Notes under the pieces: model-generated
What the model was told of the DNA's origin: nothing
The model's database searches: none
What the model saw: only the letters and a program-made list of their open reading frames with translations
Made by a program: the position numbers and the translations under genes
Assembly (NCBI GenBank): GCA_963719495.1
Contig: CAVRCI010000014.1
Span: 96,001 to 160,000 of the forward strand
Length of the DNA stretch: 64,000 bases
Reading direction: 5' to 3'
DNA from: an uncultured Verrucomicrobiae bacterium
GTDB lineage: Bacteria > Verrucomicrobiota > Verrucomicrobiia > Chthoniobacterales > JAATET01
Part shown: positions 1 to 9,679 of the stretch, piece by piece
How the letters are laid out: each line of letters opens with the position of its first letter
Position numbering within the stretch: position 1 is the stretch's first letter

Positions 1-333
1 GAGATGGTGGACCTACAGGACCGGATGGATCATTTTCCGTCGCAGATGTCGGGGGGGCAGCAGCAGCGGGTCGCGATCGCAAGGGCGATTGCGAAGCGGC
101 CGGAGGTGTTGTTGTGCGATGAGCCGACGGGTGCGCTGGACGTGAAGACGGGGATCACGGTGCTGGAGGCGATCGAGCGGGTGAACCGGGATCTGGGGAC
201 GCTGACCGTTCTCATTACTCACAACGCGGTGCTGTCGGAGATGGCGGACCGGGTGATTCACCTTTCGGATGGGCGGATTTCGCACATCGACTCGGTGGCG
301 GAGAAGCGGCCGGTGCGGACGTTGGAGTGGTGA
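1..333 (+). CDS. ABC transporter ATP-binding protein (LolD/MacB-like), 5'-truncated by window edge
   Basis: [14 protein letters not shown] signature, [11 protein letters not shown]alker B/D-loop, ITHN H-loop. Confidence 0.93.
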   Translation, partial: EMVDLQDRMDHFPSQMSGGQQQRVAIARAIAKRPEVLLCDEPTGALDVKTGITVLEAIERVNRDLGTLTVLITHNAVLSEMADRVIHLSDGRISHIDSVAEKRPVRTLEW

Positions 334-349
334 TGGGATTCCTCCCGAT

Positions 350-565
350 CTGTCATCTTGAGCGGAGCGAAAGATCTCTGGCTTCTTCAGCCTCTCCGTG
401 CGTTCGAATGCAGTGTAAGCCAGAGATTCTTCGCTTTGCTCAGAATGACAGGTTTAGGGAGGGGAGCGCGCTCTCAGGCTTGATTCTGTTCAAGCCAAAG
501 ATTGCCTTTCTGGTTTGGAGAAGAAGTGTAAGCCAGAGATTCTTCGCTTTGCTCAGAATGACAGG
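350..565. repeat. REP-like palindromic element (TGTCAT..GAGC..AGCGAA / TTCTTCGCTTTGCTCAGAATGACA family)
   Basis: Left arm 350-384 is an imperfect reverse complement of 418-451; AGTGTAAGCCAGAGATTCTTCGCTTTGCTCAGAATGACAGG occurs twice (412-452, 525-565). Confidence 0.85.
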
Positions 566-603
566 GTTTGGGGGGATGTGGCCCTGGCGGGCTTGAGTTA
601 GCT

Positions 604-2967
604 ATGCATCCGCTTGACCTGAAACTCGTTCGCGACCTGCTCAAGATGAAGGGGCAGGTGGTCGCCGTGGGGCTGGTGATGGCCTGCGGGCTGGCGATGA
701 TGATTATGGCCCGGAGTCTGATTCTGTCGCTGAACACGACCCGGGCGGCCTACTACTCGGAGAACCGGTTCGCGGACGTGTTCGCGGATCTGAAGCGGGC
801 TCCGAATTCGTTGCGGAGTCGGTTGGCGGAGATTCCGGGGGTGGCGGCGGTGGAGACTCGGGTGGTGGGGGGGATGCGGCTGGATCTGCCGGGGTTGGCG
901 GAGCCGGCGGATGGGACGATCCTTTCGATCCCGGAGGATCGACCGATGCAGTTGAACCGATTGACGCTGCGGGCCGGGCGGATGCCGGAGGCGGGAAAGG
1001 CGGACGAGGTGGTGCTCGGGGAGTCGTTCGCGCAGGCGCACGGGTTCACGCCGGGGGACTCGGTGGACGTGCTGCTGCGGGGGGCGCGCGAGCGACTCGA
1101 GATCGTGGGGATCGCGTTGTCGCCGGAATTTGTGTTCGAGGCGAGGCCGGGCGAGACGTTGCCCGATCCCGAGCGGTTCGGGGTGTTTTGGATGAACGAG
1201 CGGGACTTGGCGACGGCCTACGATCTGGACGGCGCGTTCAATAACGTGGTGATCGACGTGGCTCCGGGGGAGGGGACGGCGGGGGTGCTGGCGGCGGTGG
1301 ATCGGATTCTGGAGCCTTACGGCGGGTTGGTCGCTTACGACCGGACGGACCACGCTTCGGCGCGGCAGCTCGACGACGAGATCGGGGTGCTCAATGGGTT
1401 GTCGGTGGCGTTTCCGATCGTGTTTCTGAGCATCGCGACGTTCCTGACGAGCGCGGTACTCGCGCGGTTGATCCGGATGCAGCGGGAGCAGATCGCGCAG
1501 TTGAAGGCGTTCGGGTATTCGTCGCGGGCGGTGGGTTGGCACTACCTCAAGTTCGCGCTGGTGATCGTGGTGATCGGGACGGTGGCGGGCGCGGGGATGG
1601 GGATGTGGCTGGGGTCGCACGTGGTCGAGCTCTACCAGAAGTTCTTCAAATTCCCGGAGCTGGCGTTTCACCCGGATTTCAACGCGATGGTGTTGGCGCT
1701 CGGGGTGAGCGCGGGGGCGACGTTTCTGGGGGTGATCGGGGCGGTGCGGCAGGCAGTGCGGCTGCCGCCGGCGGAGGCGATGCGGCCGGAGGCACCGGCG
1801 GAGTTTCGGCCTTCGGTGGTGGAGCGGTTGGGCTTGCAGAAGTTGCTGAGTCCGTCGCTGCGGATGGCGTTTCGCAATCTGGAGCGGCGGCCCTGGAGTT
1901 CGTTTTTCACGGCGTTCGGGTTGGCGCTGGCGACGGGGATTCCCATCGTGCCGGGGGCGATGCGGGACGGGATCGGGTATTTGTTGGATTTCCAGTGGGA
2001 CCTGGCGCAGCGGCAGGACGCGACGGTGGCGTTGATCGAGCCGACTTCGGCGTCGGTGGCGAGCGACATCGCGCGGTTGCCGGGCGTGATCGCGGCGGAG
2101 CCGTTTCGGAGCGTGCCGACGCGGTTGCGGTTTGGGAATCGGTCGTGGCGGACGGGGGTGGTGGGGTTGTCGCCGGGGAGCCGGCTCAACCGGGCGCTGG
2201 ACGCGGCGGGCGAGCCGTTGCCGATCCCGCCGGATGGGGTGATCATGTCGGCGAAGCTGGCGGAGATTCTGGGGGTGCGGCCGGGGGAGAGCGTGACGAT
2301 GGAGGTGCAGGAGGGTCGACGACCCAAGCGGGACGTGGTGGTGCAGGGGTTGATCACGGATTACTCGGGGCTGCAGGTTTACATGGACCGGGACGCGCTG
2401 CATCGGCTGATGCAGGAGGGGGACTCGGTGAGCGGGGCGCACGTGGCCGTGGACGGGGCGCGGTGGGACGAATTCTACGCCGCCGTGAAGGAGGCTCCGC
2501 GGGTGGCGAATCTGGGGATCAAGGCGGCGGTGCGGGACAGTTTTCGGAAGACGACGGCGGAATCGATCAATCTGATTCAGGGCGTGTATTTTCTATTTTC
2601 GATCATCGTGTCGTTCGGGGTGGTCTACAACAGCGCGCGGATTTCGTTGTCGGAGAGTGCGCGGGACCTGGCGACGTTGCGGGTGGTGGGGTTCACGAAT
2701 CGGGAGGTGGCGGGGGTGATGATCGGGGAGTTGTCGATGCTGACGCTCATCGCGCTGCCGGTCGGGTTGTGGATTGGCGGGGGGCTGGCGGGTCTCATCG
2801 TGGCGAGCGCGAGCACGGAGTCGATCCGGCTGCCGCTGGTTCTCACGAGTCGGAGTTACGCGACGGCGGTGCTAATCGTGTTGCTTTCGGCGGGGATCTC
2901 GTTTGCGGTGGTGAGTCGACAAATTCGCAACCTCGACCTGCTGGGGGTGCTGAAGGCGCGGGATTGA
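604..2967 (+). CDS. ABC transporter permease, FtsX/MacB-like with duplicated periplasmic and TM domains
   Basis: Two permease halves (REQIAQLKAFGYS; RDLATLRVVGFT), multiple TM segments; ATG at 604. Confidence 0.9.
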   Translation: MHPLDLKLVRDLLKMKGQVVAVGLVMACGLAMMIMARSLILSLNTTRAAYYSENRFADVFADLKRAPNSLRSRLAEIPGVAAVETRVVGGMRLDLPGLAEPADGTILSIPEDRPMQLNRLTLRAGRMPEAGKADEVVLGESFAQAHGFTPGDSVDVLLRGARERLEIVGIALSPEFVFEARPGETLPDPERFGVFWMNERDLATAYDLDGAFNNVVIDVAPGEGTAGVLAAVDRILEPYGGLVAYDRTDHASARQLDDEIGVLNGLSVAFPIVFLSIATFLTSAVLARLIRMQREQIAQLKAFGYSSRAVGWHYLKFALVIVVIGTVAGAGMGMWLGSHVVELYQKFFKFPELAFHPDFNAMVLALGVSAGATFLGVIGAVRQAVRLPPAEAMRPEAPAEFRPSVVERLGLQKLLSPSLRMAFRNLERRPWSSFFTAFGLALATGIPIVPGAMRDGIGYLLDFQWDLAQRQDATVALIEPTSASVASDIARLPGVIAAEPFRSVPTRLRFGNRSWRTGVVGLSPGSRLNRALDAAGEPLPIPPDGVIMSAKLAEILGVRPGESVTMEVQEGRRPKRDVVVQGLITDYSGLQVYMDRDALHRLMQEGDSVSGAHVAVDGARWDEFYAAVKEAPRVANLGIKAAVRDSFRKTTAESINLIQGVYFLFSIIVSFGVVYNSARISLSESARDLATLRVVGFTNREVAGVMIGELSMLTLIALPVGLWIGGGLAGLIVASASTESIRLPLVLTSRSYATAVLIVLLSAGISFAVVSRQIRNLDLLGVLKARD

Positions 2968-2968
2968 T

Positions 2969-4183
2969 ATGGCGGACAAAGCGAAGAACGGAAAACGGAA
3001 GAAGGGGGCTTGGCGGAAGTTTGTGCCGTGGGTGCTGGGACTGGGACTGTTGGCGTTCATCGTCGTCGGGTTGTTGCCGAAGCCGGTGGTCGTGGACGCG
3101 GCGGAGGTGACGCGCGGGCCGCTGCGGGTGTCGGTGCTCGAGGAGGGGAAGACGCGGATTCGGAATCGCTACGTGGTGTCGCCGCCGGTGTCGGGGTATC
3201 TGCGGCGGGTGCCGGTGCGGGCGGGGGATCCGATCGTGGAGGGCGAGACGGTGCTGGCGGAGGTGGTGTCGATGGGGTCGGGGTTTTTGGATCCGCGGGC
3301 ACGGGCGCAGGCGGAGGCGGCCGTGCAGTCGGCGGAGGCTGGGCGGATGCAGCGGAACGAGCAGATCAACAGCGCGACGTCGGAGCTAACGCTGGCGCGG
3401 AAGGAATTGGCGCGGACGAAGACGCTGCGCGACAAGGGCGCGGTGTCGGGGCGGGAATACGACGCGGCTTCGAGCCGGGTGGACGTGCTGGTGAATCAGG
3501 TGGACTCGGCGAAGTTCGGGTTGAAGGTCGCGGAGTTCGAGTTGGCGCAGGCGCAGGCGGCGCTCATGCAGTCGGATTCGCCGGAGGACGCGACGCCGAT
3601 TGCGATCACGGCCCCGGTGAGCGGCGCGGTGCTCAACGTTTTCGAGGAGAACGCGCGGGCGGCGGCGGCGGGGTTGCCGATCATGGAAGTGGGCGACCCG
3701 GCGGACTTGGAAATGGAGATCGAGCTGCTGTCGAGCGACGCGGTGAACGTGCGGCCGGGCGCGGACGTGTCGGTGGAGCAGTGGGGCGGCGGCGAGCCGT
3801 TGGCGGGCAAGGTGACGGTGGTGGAGCCGGGAGGGTTTACGAAGATTTCGGCACTGGGCGTGGAGGAGCAGCGGGTGAAGGTGCGGGCGGACTTTGTCGA
3901 GTTACCGGACGGGGTTTTTGGGGACCGTTATCGGGTTGAAGCGCGGATCACGACGTGGTCCGGGGACGATGTCTTGCGGGTGCCGGTGGGGGCTTTGTTT
4001 CGGAAGGGGAACGAGTGGAAGACGTTCGTGATCGATGGCGGGGTGGCTGGGCTGGTGTCGGTCGAAATCGGGCACAATGATGGGATTTTGGCGGAGGTAG
4101 TCGGCGGGTTGAGCGCGGGGGAACGGGTGATCCAGCATCCGCCGGATTCGGTGGCGGACGGGAAGCGCGTGGAGGTGCGGTGA
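2969..4183 (+). CDS. Efflux membrane-fusion (periplasmic adaptor, HlyD-like) protein
   Basis: N-terminal TM anchor, lipoyl-like halves (VSPPVSG; ITAPVSG), coiled coil, TKISALGVEEQRV motif; operonic with ABC genes. Confidence 0.9.
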   Translation: MADKAKNGKRKKGAWRKFVPWVLGLGLLAFIVVGLLPKPVVVDAAEVTRGPLRVSVLEEGKTRIRNRYVVSPPVSGYLRRVPVRAGDPIVEGETVLAEVVSMGSGFLDPRARAQAEAAVQSAEAGRMQRNEQINSATSELTLARKELARTKTLRDKGAVSGREYDAASSRVDVLVNQVDSAKFGLKVAEFELAQAQAALMQSDSPEDATPIAITAPVSGAVLNVFEENARAAAAGLPIMEVGDPADLEMEIELLSSDAVNVRPGADVSVEQWGGGEPLAGKVTVVEPGGFTKISALGVEEQRVKVRADFVELPDGVFGDRYRVEARITTWSGDDVLRVPVGALFRKGNEWKTFVIDGGVAGLVSVEIGHNDGILAEVVGGLSAGERVIQHPPDSVADGKRVEVR

Positions 4184-4464
4184 AGCGGCGGCCGCCTCCG
4201 GAGGTTTGCCCGGTTTGTGGGGAGGACGTGCCGCGGAACGCGGCGGCTTGCCGGGAATGTGGCGCGGATTACCGGTCGGGGTGGCGGGAGGACGCGGACC
4301 TGGATGGACTGGGGATCGAGGACGAGGATGACTTCGATTATGAGGATTTTGTGGCGCGGGAGTTTGGGGGTGGGGCACCGCCGAAGGGAATTGGGTGGGT
4401 CTGGTGGACTGCGGGGGTTGTCGTTTTGGTCGCATTCTTTCTGTTTATGGTTCTGAGGTTTTGA
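4180..4464 (+). CDS. Small zinc-ribbon membrane protein
   Basis: CPVCG...CRECG, acidic linker, C-terminal TM; GTGA overlap with upstream stop. Confidence 0.75.
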   Translation: MKRRPPPEVCPVCGEDVPRNAAACRECGADYRSGWREDADLDGLGIEDEDDFDYEDFVAREFGGGAPPKGIGWVWWTAGVVVLVAFFLFMVLRF

Positions 4465-4559
4465 CCGCGGATTATGCGGATAGAGCGGATGATACAGATA
4501 CGGAGTGGTTGGAATTCAGAGTTTCCGCACCATCCGCGTTCATCCGCGTAATCCGCGGT
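4464..4559. repeat. 9-mer-unit inverted repeat (GCGGAT-type hairpin) between convergent genes
   Basis: ACCGCGGATTATGCGGATAGAGCGGATG (4464-4491) pairs with CATCCGCGTTCATCCGCGTAATCCGCGGT (4531-4559). Confidence 0.8.
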
Positions 4560-4565
4560 TAAAAT

Positions 4566-7301
4566 TCACCCGGATAGCGCTCTCAGCTTTTTCTGATGGG
4601 CGGTGAGCCAGGTCTTTAGCTTGGCGTGGGCGGGGTCCTCGAGTTGCGGGTCGGTTTCGAAGATCGCTCTCGCTTGGTCGCGGGCTTGGAGCATTTCGGC
4701 TTGGTCGCGGTGGAGGTCGCCGAGGCGGAGGGGGGGGAGGCCGGTTTGGGCGGTGCCGATGAGGTCGCCGGGGCCGCGGAGGGCGAGGTCGGCTTCGGCG
4801 ACCCGGAAGCCGTCGGTGGTTTGCTCGAGGACGCTGAGCTTTTCGCGGGCTTCGGGAGTGTCTTTGCCGGGGACGAGGATGCAGTAGCTGGTGTGGGTGC
4901 CGCGGCCGATGCGGCCGCGGAGTTGGTGGAGCTGCGCCAAGCCGAAGCGCTCGGCATTTTCGATGAGCATGACGGTGGCGTTGGGGACGTCGACGCCGAC
5001 TTCGATGACGGTCGTGCTGACGAGGACCTTGGTCTCGGCGGTGCGGAAGGCGGTCATGGCCGCTTCCTTTTCGTCGGGCTTGAGGCGGCCGTGGAGGAGG
5101 CCGCAGGGGTGGGGGGACAGGAGTTCGCTCCAACGGGTGAACTCTTCGGTGGCGGCTTTGGCGGCGAGTTTTTCCGATTCTTCGATGAGGGGGTAGACGA
5201 TGTAAATCTGGCGTCCGGCTTCGATCTGGTCGCGGAGGAATTTTGCGGCTTCGGGGAGTTTGCTGGTGGGGCGGATGCCGGTGATGATTCTGCCGCGGCC
5301 GGGGGGGAGTTCGTTCAGCGTGGTGACGTCGAGGTCGCCGTAGGCGGTCTGCGCGAGGGTGCGGGGGATGGGGGTGGCGGTCATGACGAGGACGTCGGGG
5401 GTGCCGGGTCCGTCGATGAGCTTGGCGCGCTGGAGGACGCCGAATTTGTGCTGCTCGTCGATGATGACGAGGCCGGGATCGGCGAGTTCGGCGGGGTCGT
5501 GCAGGAGGGCGTGCGTGCCGATGAGGAGTTGGGGAGCGCGCCCGTCCCGGGTGCGGGCTTCGGCGTTCCGCCGAAGCGCGGGCGGCGGGGACGCCGCCCG
5601 CTCGCACGCGGGGACGCGTGCGCTCCCCAGAGCGATGCGGGCGGATTCCATTTCTTTTTCCGGCCACCAGACGTGGGGGTAGTCGCTGTTTTCGTCCGCC
5701 AGGTTGGCGGTCCATGGGTTGCGGCAGATGTAGTGGAATTTTTCCTGGAGGTCGGCCTCGAAGCGGATGATTCGGTCGAAGCTCTCTTTTTCCCAGAGCG
5801 GACCCTTTTTTTGTTCGCGGTGGTTGATCTCGTGGACGGTGTAGGATTTGAGGCTGTGGAGGAGGGTGGCCAGGCGATGGAAAACGGGGCGGCCTTCGGC
5901 GTCTTCGCTTTCGACTTGTGGCTCGACGAGGATGTGGACGTGGTCGGGCATGACGCAAGCGGCGTAGAGGTGCCACTTGGACGCGTCGCGGATGTGGAGG
6001 ATGGCGTCGAGGACGATCTGGCGGGCCGCCGGAGTGAGGTGGCGGCGGGCAATCGTCGTGAAGGTGATCATGTATTTGGCCCAGGGGCGCTCGAAGTGGG
6101 GGAGGTTGCGTTTCGAGTAGCGGGTTTCGGTGGGCGGGGCGGGGGTCTCTCGTGGAATGCGCGGCGGCGGGACGCCGCCGCTCGCACCCGGGACGGGTGC
6201 GTTCCCCATGCGGAGCTTGACTTCGACTCCGAGGGGTTCGCAGAGGTGTTTTAGGTTTTTGTAATGCTGGTTTGCGAGGATCTGAGTCGGGGCCATGAGG
6301 ATGGCTTGGTGGCCGGCTTCGATGCCGGTGAGGGCGGCGGCCAGGGCTACCAGGGTTTTTCCGCTGCCGACGTCGCCTTGGAGGAGGCGGGTCATGCGGG
6401 TGGGCTTGGCGAGGTCCTTTTTGATCTCGGCGATGGCCTGGGCTTGGGCGTCGGTGAGGAGGAAGGGAAGGGTGGCGAGGAGTTCGCGGAGGAGGGTGCC
6501 TTCGGGGGCTTTGGGGGAGCCGGGGAGGGTGGCGACGTGGGCTCGGCGGGAGGCGATGAGGGCCTGCATGGCAAAGAATTCTTCGCCGACGAGGGCGCGG
6601 CGGGCGGTTTCGTAGGCTTCGAAGGTGGGTGGGAAATGGAGGGGGCGGAGGTGATCGGTGAATGGGGAATGGTGAATGGTGGGTCTGAGGGTAGGGATCT
6701 GGCTTAGGTCGGTGGCCTCGAGGGCTTCGTGGATGAGTTCGCGGAGCTTTCTTGGGGTGATGCCTTCTCCGGCGGGGTGGACGGGGACGATGCGGTTGAG
6801 GTGAACGAAATCGGTGGGATCGCCTTCTTCGAGGATCTCGAATTCGGGGAAGTCGATGATCGTTCGTTTTCCGCGGAGTTTGGTGCGGCCGTAGACGACG
6901 AGCTGCTGGCCGACGGCGAGCTGTTTGCCGATGTAGGGCATGTTGAACCATCGGCAGGTGACGCGGGCGCCGAAGCCGCTGGGTTCTTCGAGGGTGGCCT
7001 CGTAGCCCTTTTTCCATCCGCCGTAGGGGAGGAAGCGGGCCGAGACGAGGGTGCCGCTGAGGAGGACGGGGTCGACGCTTTCGCCGTCGGGGTAGGGGGC
7101 GAAGTGGCGGCGGTCTTCGTGCCGTCGCGGGTAGTGGGTGACGAGGTCGGCGAGGGTCTCGAGGCCGACTTTGCGGAGGCTGGTGGCCTGTTTGCGGGTG
7201 ATGAAGGGGGCGTCGCTGAGGGGGGTGGTGGGGGGGAGGAGGGGGGGGGCGTGATTGGTGAATGGTGAATGGTGAATGGTGGGGGGGTGCTCGTGGCTCA
7301 T
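4566..7301 (-). CDS. recG: ATP-dependent DNA helicase RecG with an in-frame RAYT transposase insertion
   Basis: YPRRHEDR wedge start, LLQGDVGSGKT, MAPTQILA, IGTHALL, DEQHKFG, MTATPIPRTLA, STTVIEVGVDVP, QLRGRIGRG, DLALRGPGD. Confidence 0.96.
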   Translation of the reverse strand: MSHEHPPTIHHSPFTNHAPPLLPPTTPLSDAPFITRKQATSLRKVGLETLADLVTHYPRRHEDRRHFAPYPDGESVDPVLLSGTLVSARFLPYGGWKKGYEATLEEPSGFGARVTCRWFNMPYIGKQLAVGQQLVVYGRTKLRGKRTIIDFPEFEILEEGDPTDFVHLNRIVPVHPAGEGITPRKLRELIHEALEATDLSQIPTLRPTIHHSPFTDHLRPLHFPPTFEAYETARRALVGEEFFAMQALIASRRAHVATLPGSPKAPEGTLLRELLATLPFLLTDAQAQAIAEIKKDLAKPTRMTRLLQGDVGSGKTLVALAAALTGIEAGHQAILMAPTQILANQHYKNLKHLCEPLGVEVKLRMGNAPVPGASGGVPPPRIPRETPAPPTETRYSKRNLPHFERPWAKYMITFTTIARRHLTPAARQIVLDAILHIRDASKWHLYAACVMPDHVHILVEPQVESEDAEGRPVFHRLATLLHSLKSYTVHEINHREQKKGPLWEKESFDRIIRFEADLQEKFHYICRNPWTANLADENSDYPHVWWPEKEMESARIALGSARVPACERAASPPPALRRNAEARTRDGRAPQLLIGTHALLHDPAELADPGLVIIDEQHKFGVLQRAKLIDGPGTPDVLVMTATPIPRTLAQTAYGDLDVTTLNELPPGRGRIITGIRPTSKLPEAAKFLRDQIEAGRQIYIVYPLIEESEKLAAKAATEEFTRWSELLSPHPCGLLHGRLKPDEKEAAMTAFRTAETKVLVSTTVIEVGVDVPNATVMLIENAERFGLAQLHQLRGRIGRGTHTSYCILVPGKDTPEAREKLSVLEQTTDGFRVAEADLALRGPGDLIGTAQTGLPPLRLGDLHRDQAEMLQARDQARAIFETDPQLEDPAHAKLKTWLTAHQKKLRALSG
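5531..6207 (-). mobile_element. REP-flanked REP-associated tyrosine transposase (RAYT / Y1 HUH) cassette in frame within recG
   Basis: RNLPHF, YMITF, VMPDHVH (HUH), LKSYT, W-x3-SFDRIIR, YICRNP (catalytic Tyr); REP doublet 5531-5628 and REP 6161-6207. Confidence 0.9.
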
Positions 7302-7346
7302 CGACCAATAACCAAAAATTAATAACCAACAACCGGCGCGCAGCGC

Positions 7347-9038
7347 CTACGCGGCTGCCCGGATGTCGAGGATCTGGAGTTGGGCGCTGACCCGGCCGTT
7401 CCATTCGTTGCGTTCGAGATGGAACGCGAGGTCCCAGGGGGGGCTGGGGAGGTCGTCGGTGGCTCCGTTGAAGAAGATGGCGGAGAGGGAGCGGCGACCG
7501 ACGGGGAGGTCGAAGCGGAGGTGCTTCTCTTTGAGGACGCGGGGTTCGGCGGTGGGGGTGACTCGGCGGACGAGGAGGACGGGCTGGGGATTCGCCATGC
7601 CGAAGGGTTCGAGCAGCGACTGGCTCTCGAGGAAGTCTTCGTCGAAGGAGGCGAGGGGAATCTCGGCGTCGAGGCGGAGGGTGGGGACGAGGGGGTCGGT
7701 GCCGAGGAGGGTGCGGGCGGCTTGTTCGAAGGCGGCGCGGAAGGCGGGGAAGTCGTCTTCGTGGACCTGGAGGCCGGCGGCCATGTCGTGGCCGCCGAAG
7801 TTGCCGAGGTGAGTGGCGCATTGGCCGAGGGCTTCGACGAGGGAGAGACCGGCGATGCTGCGGCCGCTACCTTTGCCCTGGCCGGTTTCGTCGAATCCGA
7901 CGACGAGGGTGGGGCGGTGGTGGCGGCGCATGACGCGGGAGGCGACGATGCCGAGGACGCCGGTGTGCCAGTCGCGTTGGCCGGCGACGATGGTGGTGTC
8001 GCGGGTGGGGTCGAAATTTTCCGCGATCCAGGCGTCGACTTCGGTGGCGACGGCGCGCTCGATGGATTGGCGTTCGCGGTTCTGCTCGTCGAGGCTGGTG
8101 GCGAGGGTGGCGGCTTCCTGCGGGTCGTTGGTGAGGAGGAGGGAGAGGGAATCCTGGGCGGTGCCGAGGCGGCCGGTGGCGTTGATGCGGGGGCCGAGGC
8201 GGAAGCCGACGTCGGAGGCGCGGATGGGGGCGGAGACGGCGGCGACGCTCATGAGGGCGGCGAGGCCGGGCCAGCGGGTGGTGGCCATCTGGCGGAGGCC
8301 GTGGCGGACGAAGACGCGGTTTTCGCCTTCGAGGGGGACGAGGTCGCAGAGGGTGGCGAGGGCGACGAGGTCGAGGAGATCGCGGAGCTCGAAGCCGGGG
8401 AGGGGGGTGCTTTTGAGGAGAGCGTGGGCGGTCTTGAAGGCGATGCCGGCGCTGCAGAGGGTGTGGAAATCGGTGCCGCCGCACTTGGGGTTGACGCGGG
8501 CGACGCAGTCGGGGCGGTCGCCGTCGGGTTCGTGGTGGTCGAGGACGATGACGTCGATGCCGCGAGCGCGGAGGCTGGCGATTTCGGCGGTGGAATTCGT
8601 GCCGCAGTCGACGGCGATGAGGAGGTCGGGAGTGTGGAGTTCGAGGCAGCGCTCGAGGCCGGCGGCGCTGAGGCCGTAACCTTCGTCGACGCGGTGGGGG
8701 AGGAAGCTGTCGACGCGACCGCCGTAGGCGTGGAGGATACGGTGGAGGATGGTGAGGGAGGTGACGCCGTCGACGTCGTAGTCGCCGTAGAGGGCGATGC
8801 GCTCGTTGGCGCGGAGGGCGGCTTCGATGCGGGTGACGGCGGCGGGCATCTCGGGGAGGAGATTCGGGTCGCGGAGGCGGCGGAGACGGGGCTGGAGAAA
8901 ATCCGCAACGGTGTCTTCGTCGGCGAAACCCTTGGCGGCGACGAGGCTGGCGACGAAGGGGGGGAGGCGGAAGGCGTGCGCGAGTTCGCGGATGATGCCG
9001 GGGTCTCCGGCGGTGGGGAGGATCCAACGACGTTGCAT
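7347..9038 (-). CDS. recJ: Single-stranded-DNA-specific exonuclease RecJ
   Basis: YGDYDVDG, VDCG, LDHH, PRINATGR, GSGRS, GGHDMAAG, LEPFGMANP. Confidence 0.96.
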   Translation of the reverse strand: MQRRWILPTAGDPGIIRELAHAFRLPPFVASLVAAKGFADEDTVADFLQPRLRRLRDPNLLPEMPAAVTRIEAALRANERIALYGDYDVDGVTSLTILHRILHAYGGRVDSFLPHRVDEGYGLSAAGLERCLELHTPDLLIAVDCGTNSTAEIASLRARGIDVIVLDHHEPDGDRPDCVARVNPKCGGTDFHTLCSAGIAFKTAHALLKSTPLPGFELRDLLDLVALATLCDLVPLEGENRVFVRHGLRQMATTRWPGLAALMSVAAVSAPIRASDVGFRLGPRINATGRLGTAQDSLSLLLTNDPQEAATLATSLDEQNRERQSIERAVATEVDAWIAENFDPTRDTTIVAGQRDWHTGVLGIVASRVMRRHHRPTLVVGFDETGQGKGSGRSIAGLSLVEALGQCATHLGNFGGHDMAAGLQVHEDDFPAFRAAFEQAARTLLGTDPLVPTLRLDAEIPLASFDEDFLESQSLLEPFGMANPQPVLLVRRVTPTAEPRVLKEKHLRFDLPVGRRSLSAIFFNGATDDLPSPPWDLAFHLERNEWNGRVSAQLQILDIRAAA

Positions 9039-9122
9039 CGGGGGAGTGTAGGGGGTGATTGGTGATTAGTGAATGGTGAATGGTGGGGCTTTGGCTCTCT
9101 CGCTTTGCTCGAGTTGCCTGGC

Positions 9123-9167
9123 GCGGGCGGGACGCCCCGCTCGCACGCGGGGACGCGTGCGTTCCCC
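9123..9167. repeat. REP type A (same family as the RAYT-flanking REPs)
   Basis: GCGGGCGGGACGCCCCGCTCGCACGCGGGGACGCGTGCGTTCCCC, near-identical to 5578-5628. Confidence 0.85.
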
Positions 9168-9211
9168 GGTGAGCTTGATTTTCGGGGGGTGGTTGGCGAT
9201 TCTCGGCTTTC

Positions 9212-9679
9212 ATGGCGATGGAGCGGACTCTTTTGGCGGCGCAGGGCTACGTGGAGCTGTCGATGACGGATGACGCTCTCGCGGAGCTGGATGGGCTTTC
9301 CGCTGAGGAGAACGATTTGCAGGAAGTGCTGCAGGTGCGGCTTTTTGTGCTGATGCGGGGGCGGCGGTGGGCGGATGCGTTCGACGTGTGCGAGCGCTTG
9401 GTGGAACTTTTTTCTTCGGAGACGACGGGGTTCATTCACGGGGCGTTTTGTTTGCACGAGCTGGACCGGACCCGGGAGGCGAAGGACCTTCTATTACGGG
9501 GACCGGCGAGTTTGCTGCGGGAGGCGACGTATTATTACAACATGGGTTGCTACGAGGCTGTGCTGGGGAACATCGAGGATGCGCAGCACGCGCTGGAGAT
9601 CAGCTTTCGGATGGATGATAAATTTCGGCAGATCGCGAAGATCGATCCGGATCTGAAGGTGATGCCGAATTTGATATGA
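9212..9679 (+). CDS. TPR-like protein
   Basis: AQGYVEL, YYNMGCY, DPDL helical repeat pattern. Confidence 0.8.
   Translation: MAMERTLLAAQGYVELSMTDDALAELDGLSAEENDLQEVLQVRLFVLMRGRRWADAFDVCERLVELFSSETTGFIHGAFCLHELDRTREAKDLLLRGPASLLREATYYYNMGCYEAVLGNIEDAQHALEISFRMDDKFRQIAKIDPDLKVMPNLI

Noticed and set aside
327..596. 89 aa ORF between ABC genes
   Set aside because: Translation of the REP arms (repeated peptide content); not a credible gene
5532..6206. Intein in RecG
   Set aside because: No N-terminal Cys/Ser, no His-Asn C-terminus or +1 nucleophile; the motifs are those of an HUH transposase
4540..9457. Long Arg/Pro-rich alternative-frame and antisense ORFs here and throughout the window
   Set aside because: Shadow ORFs expected from very high GC3; they overlap well-supported genes and lack motifs
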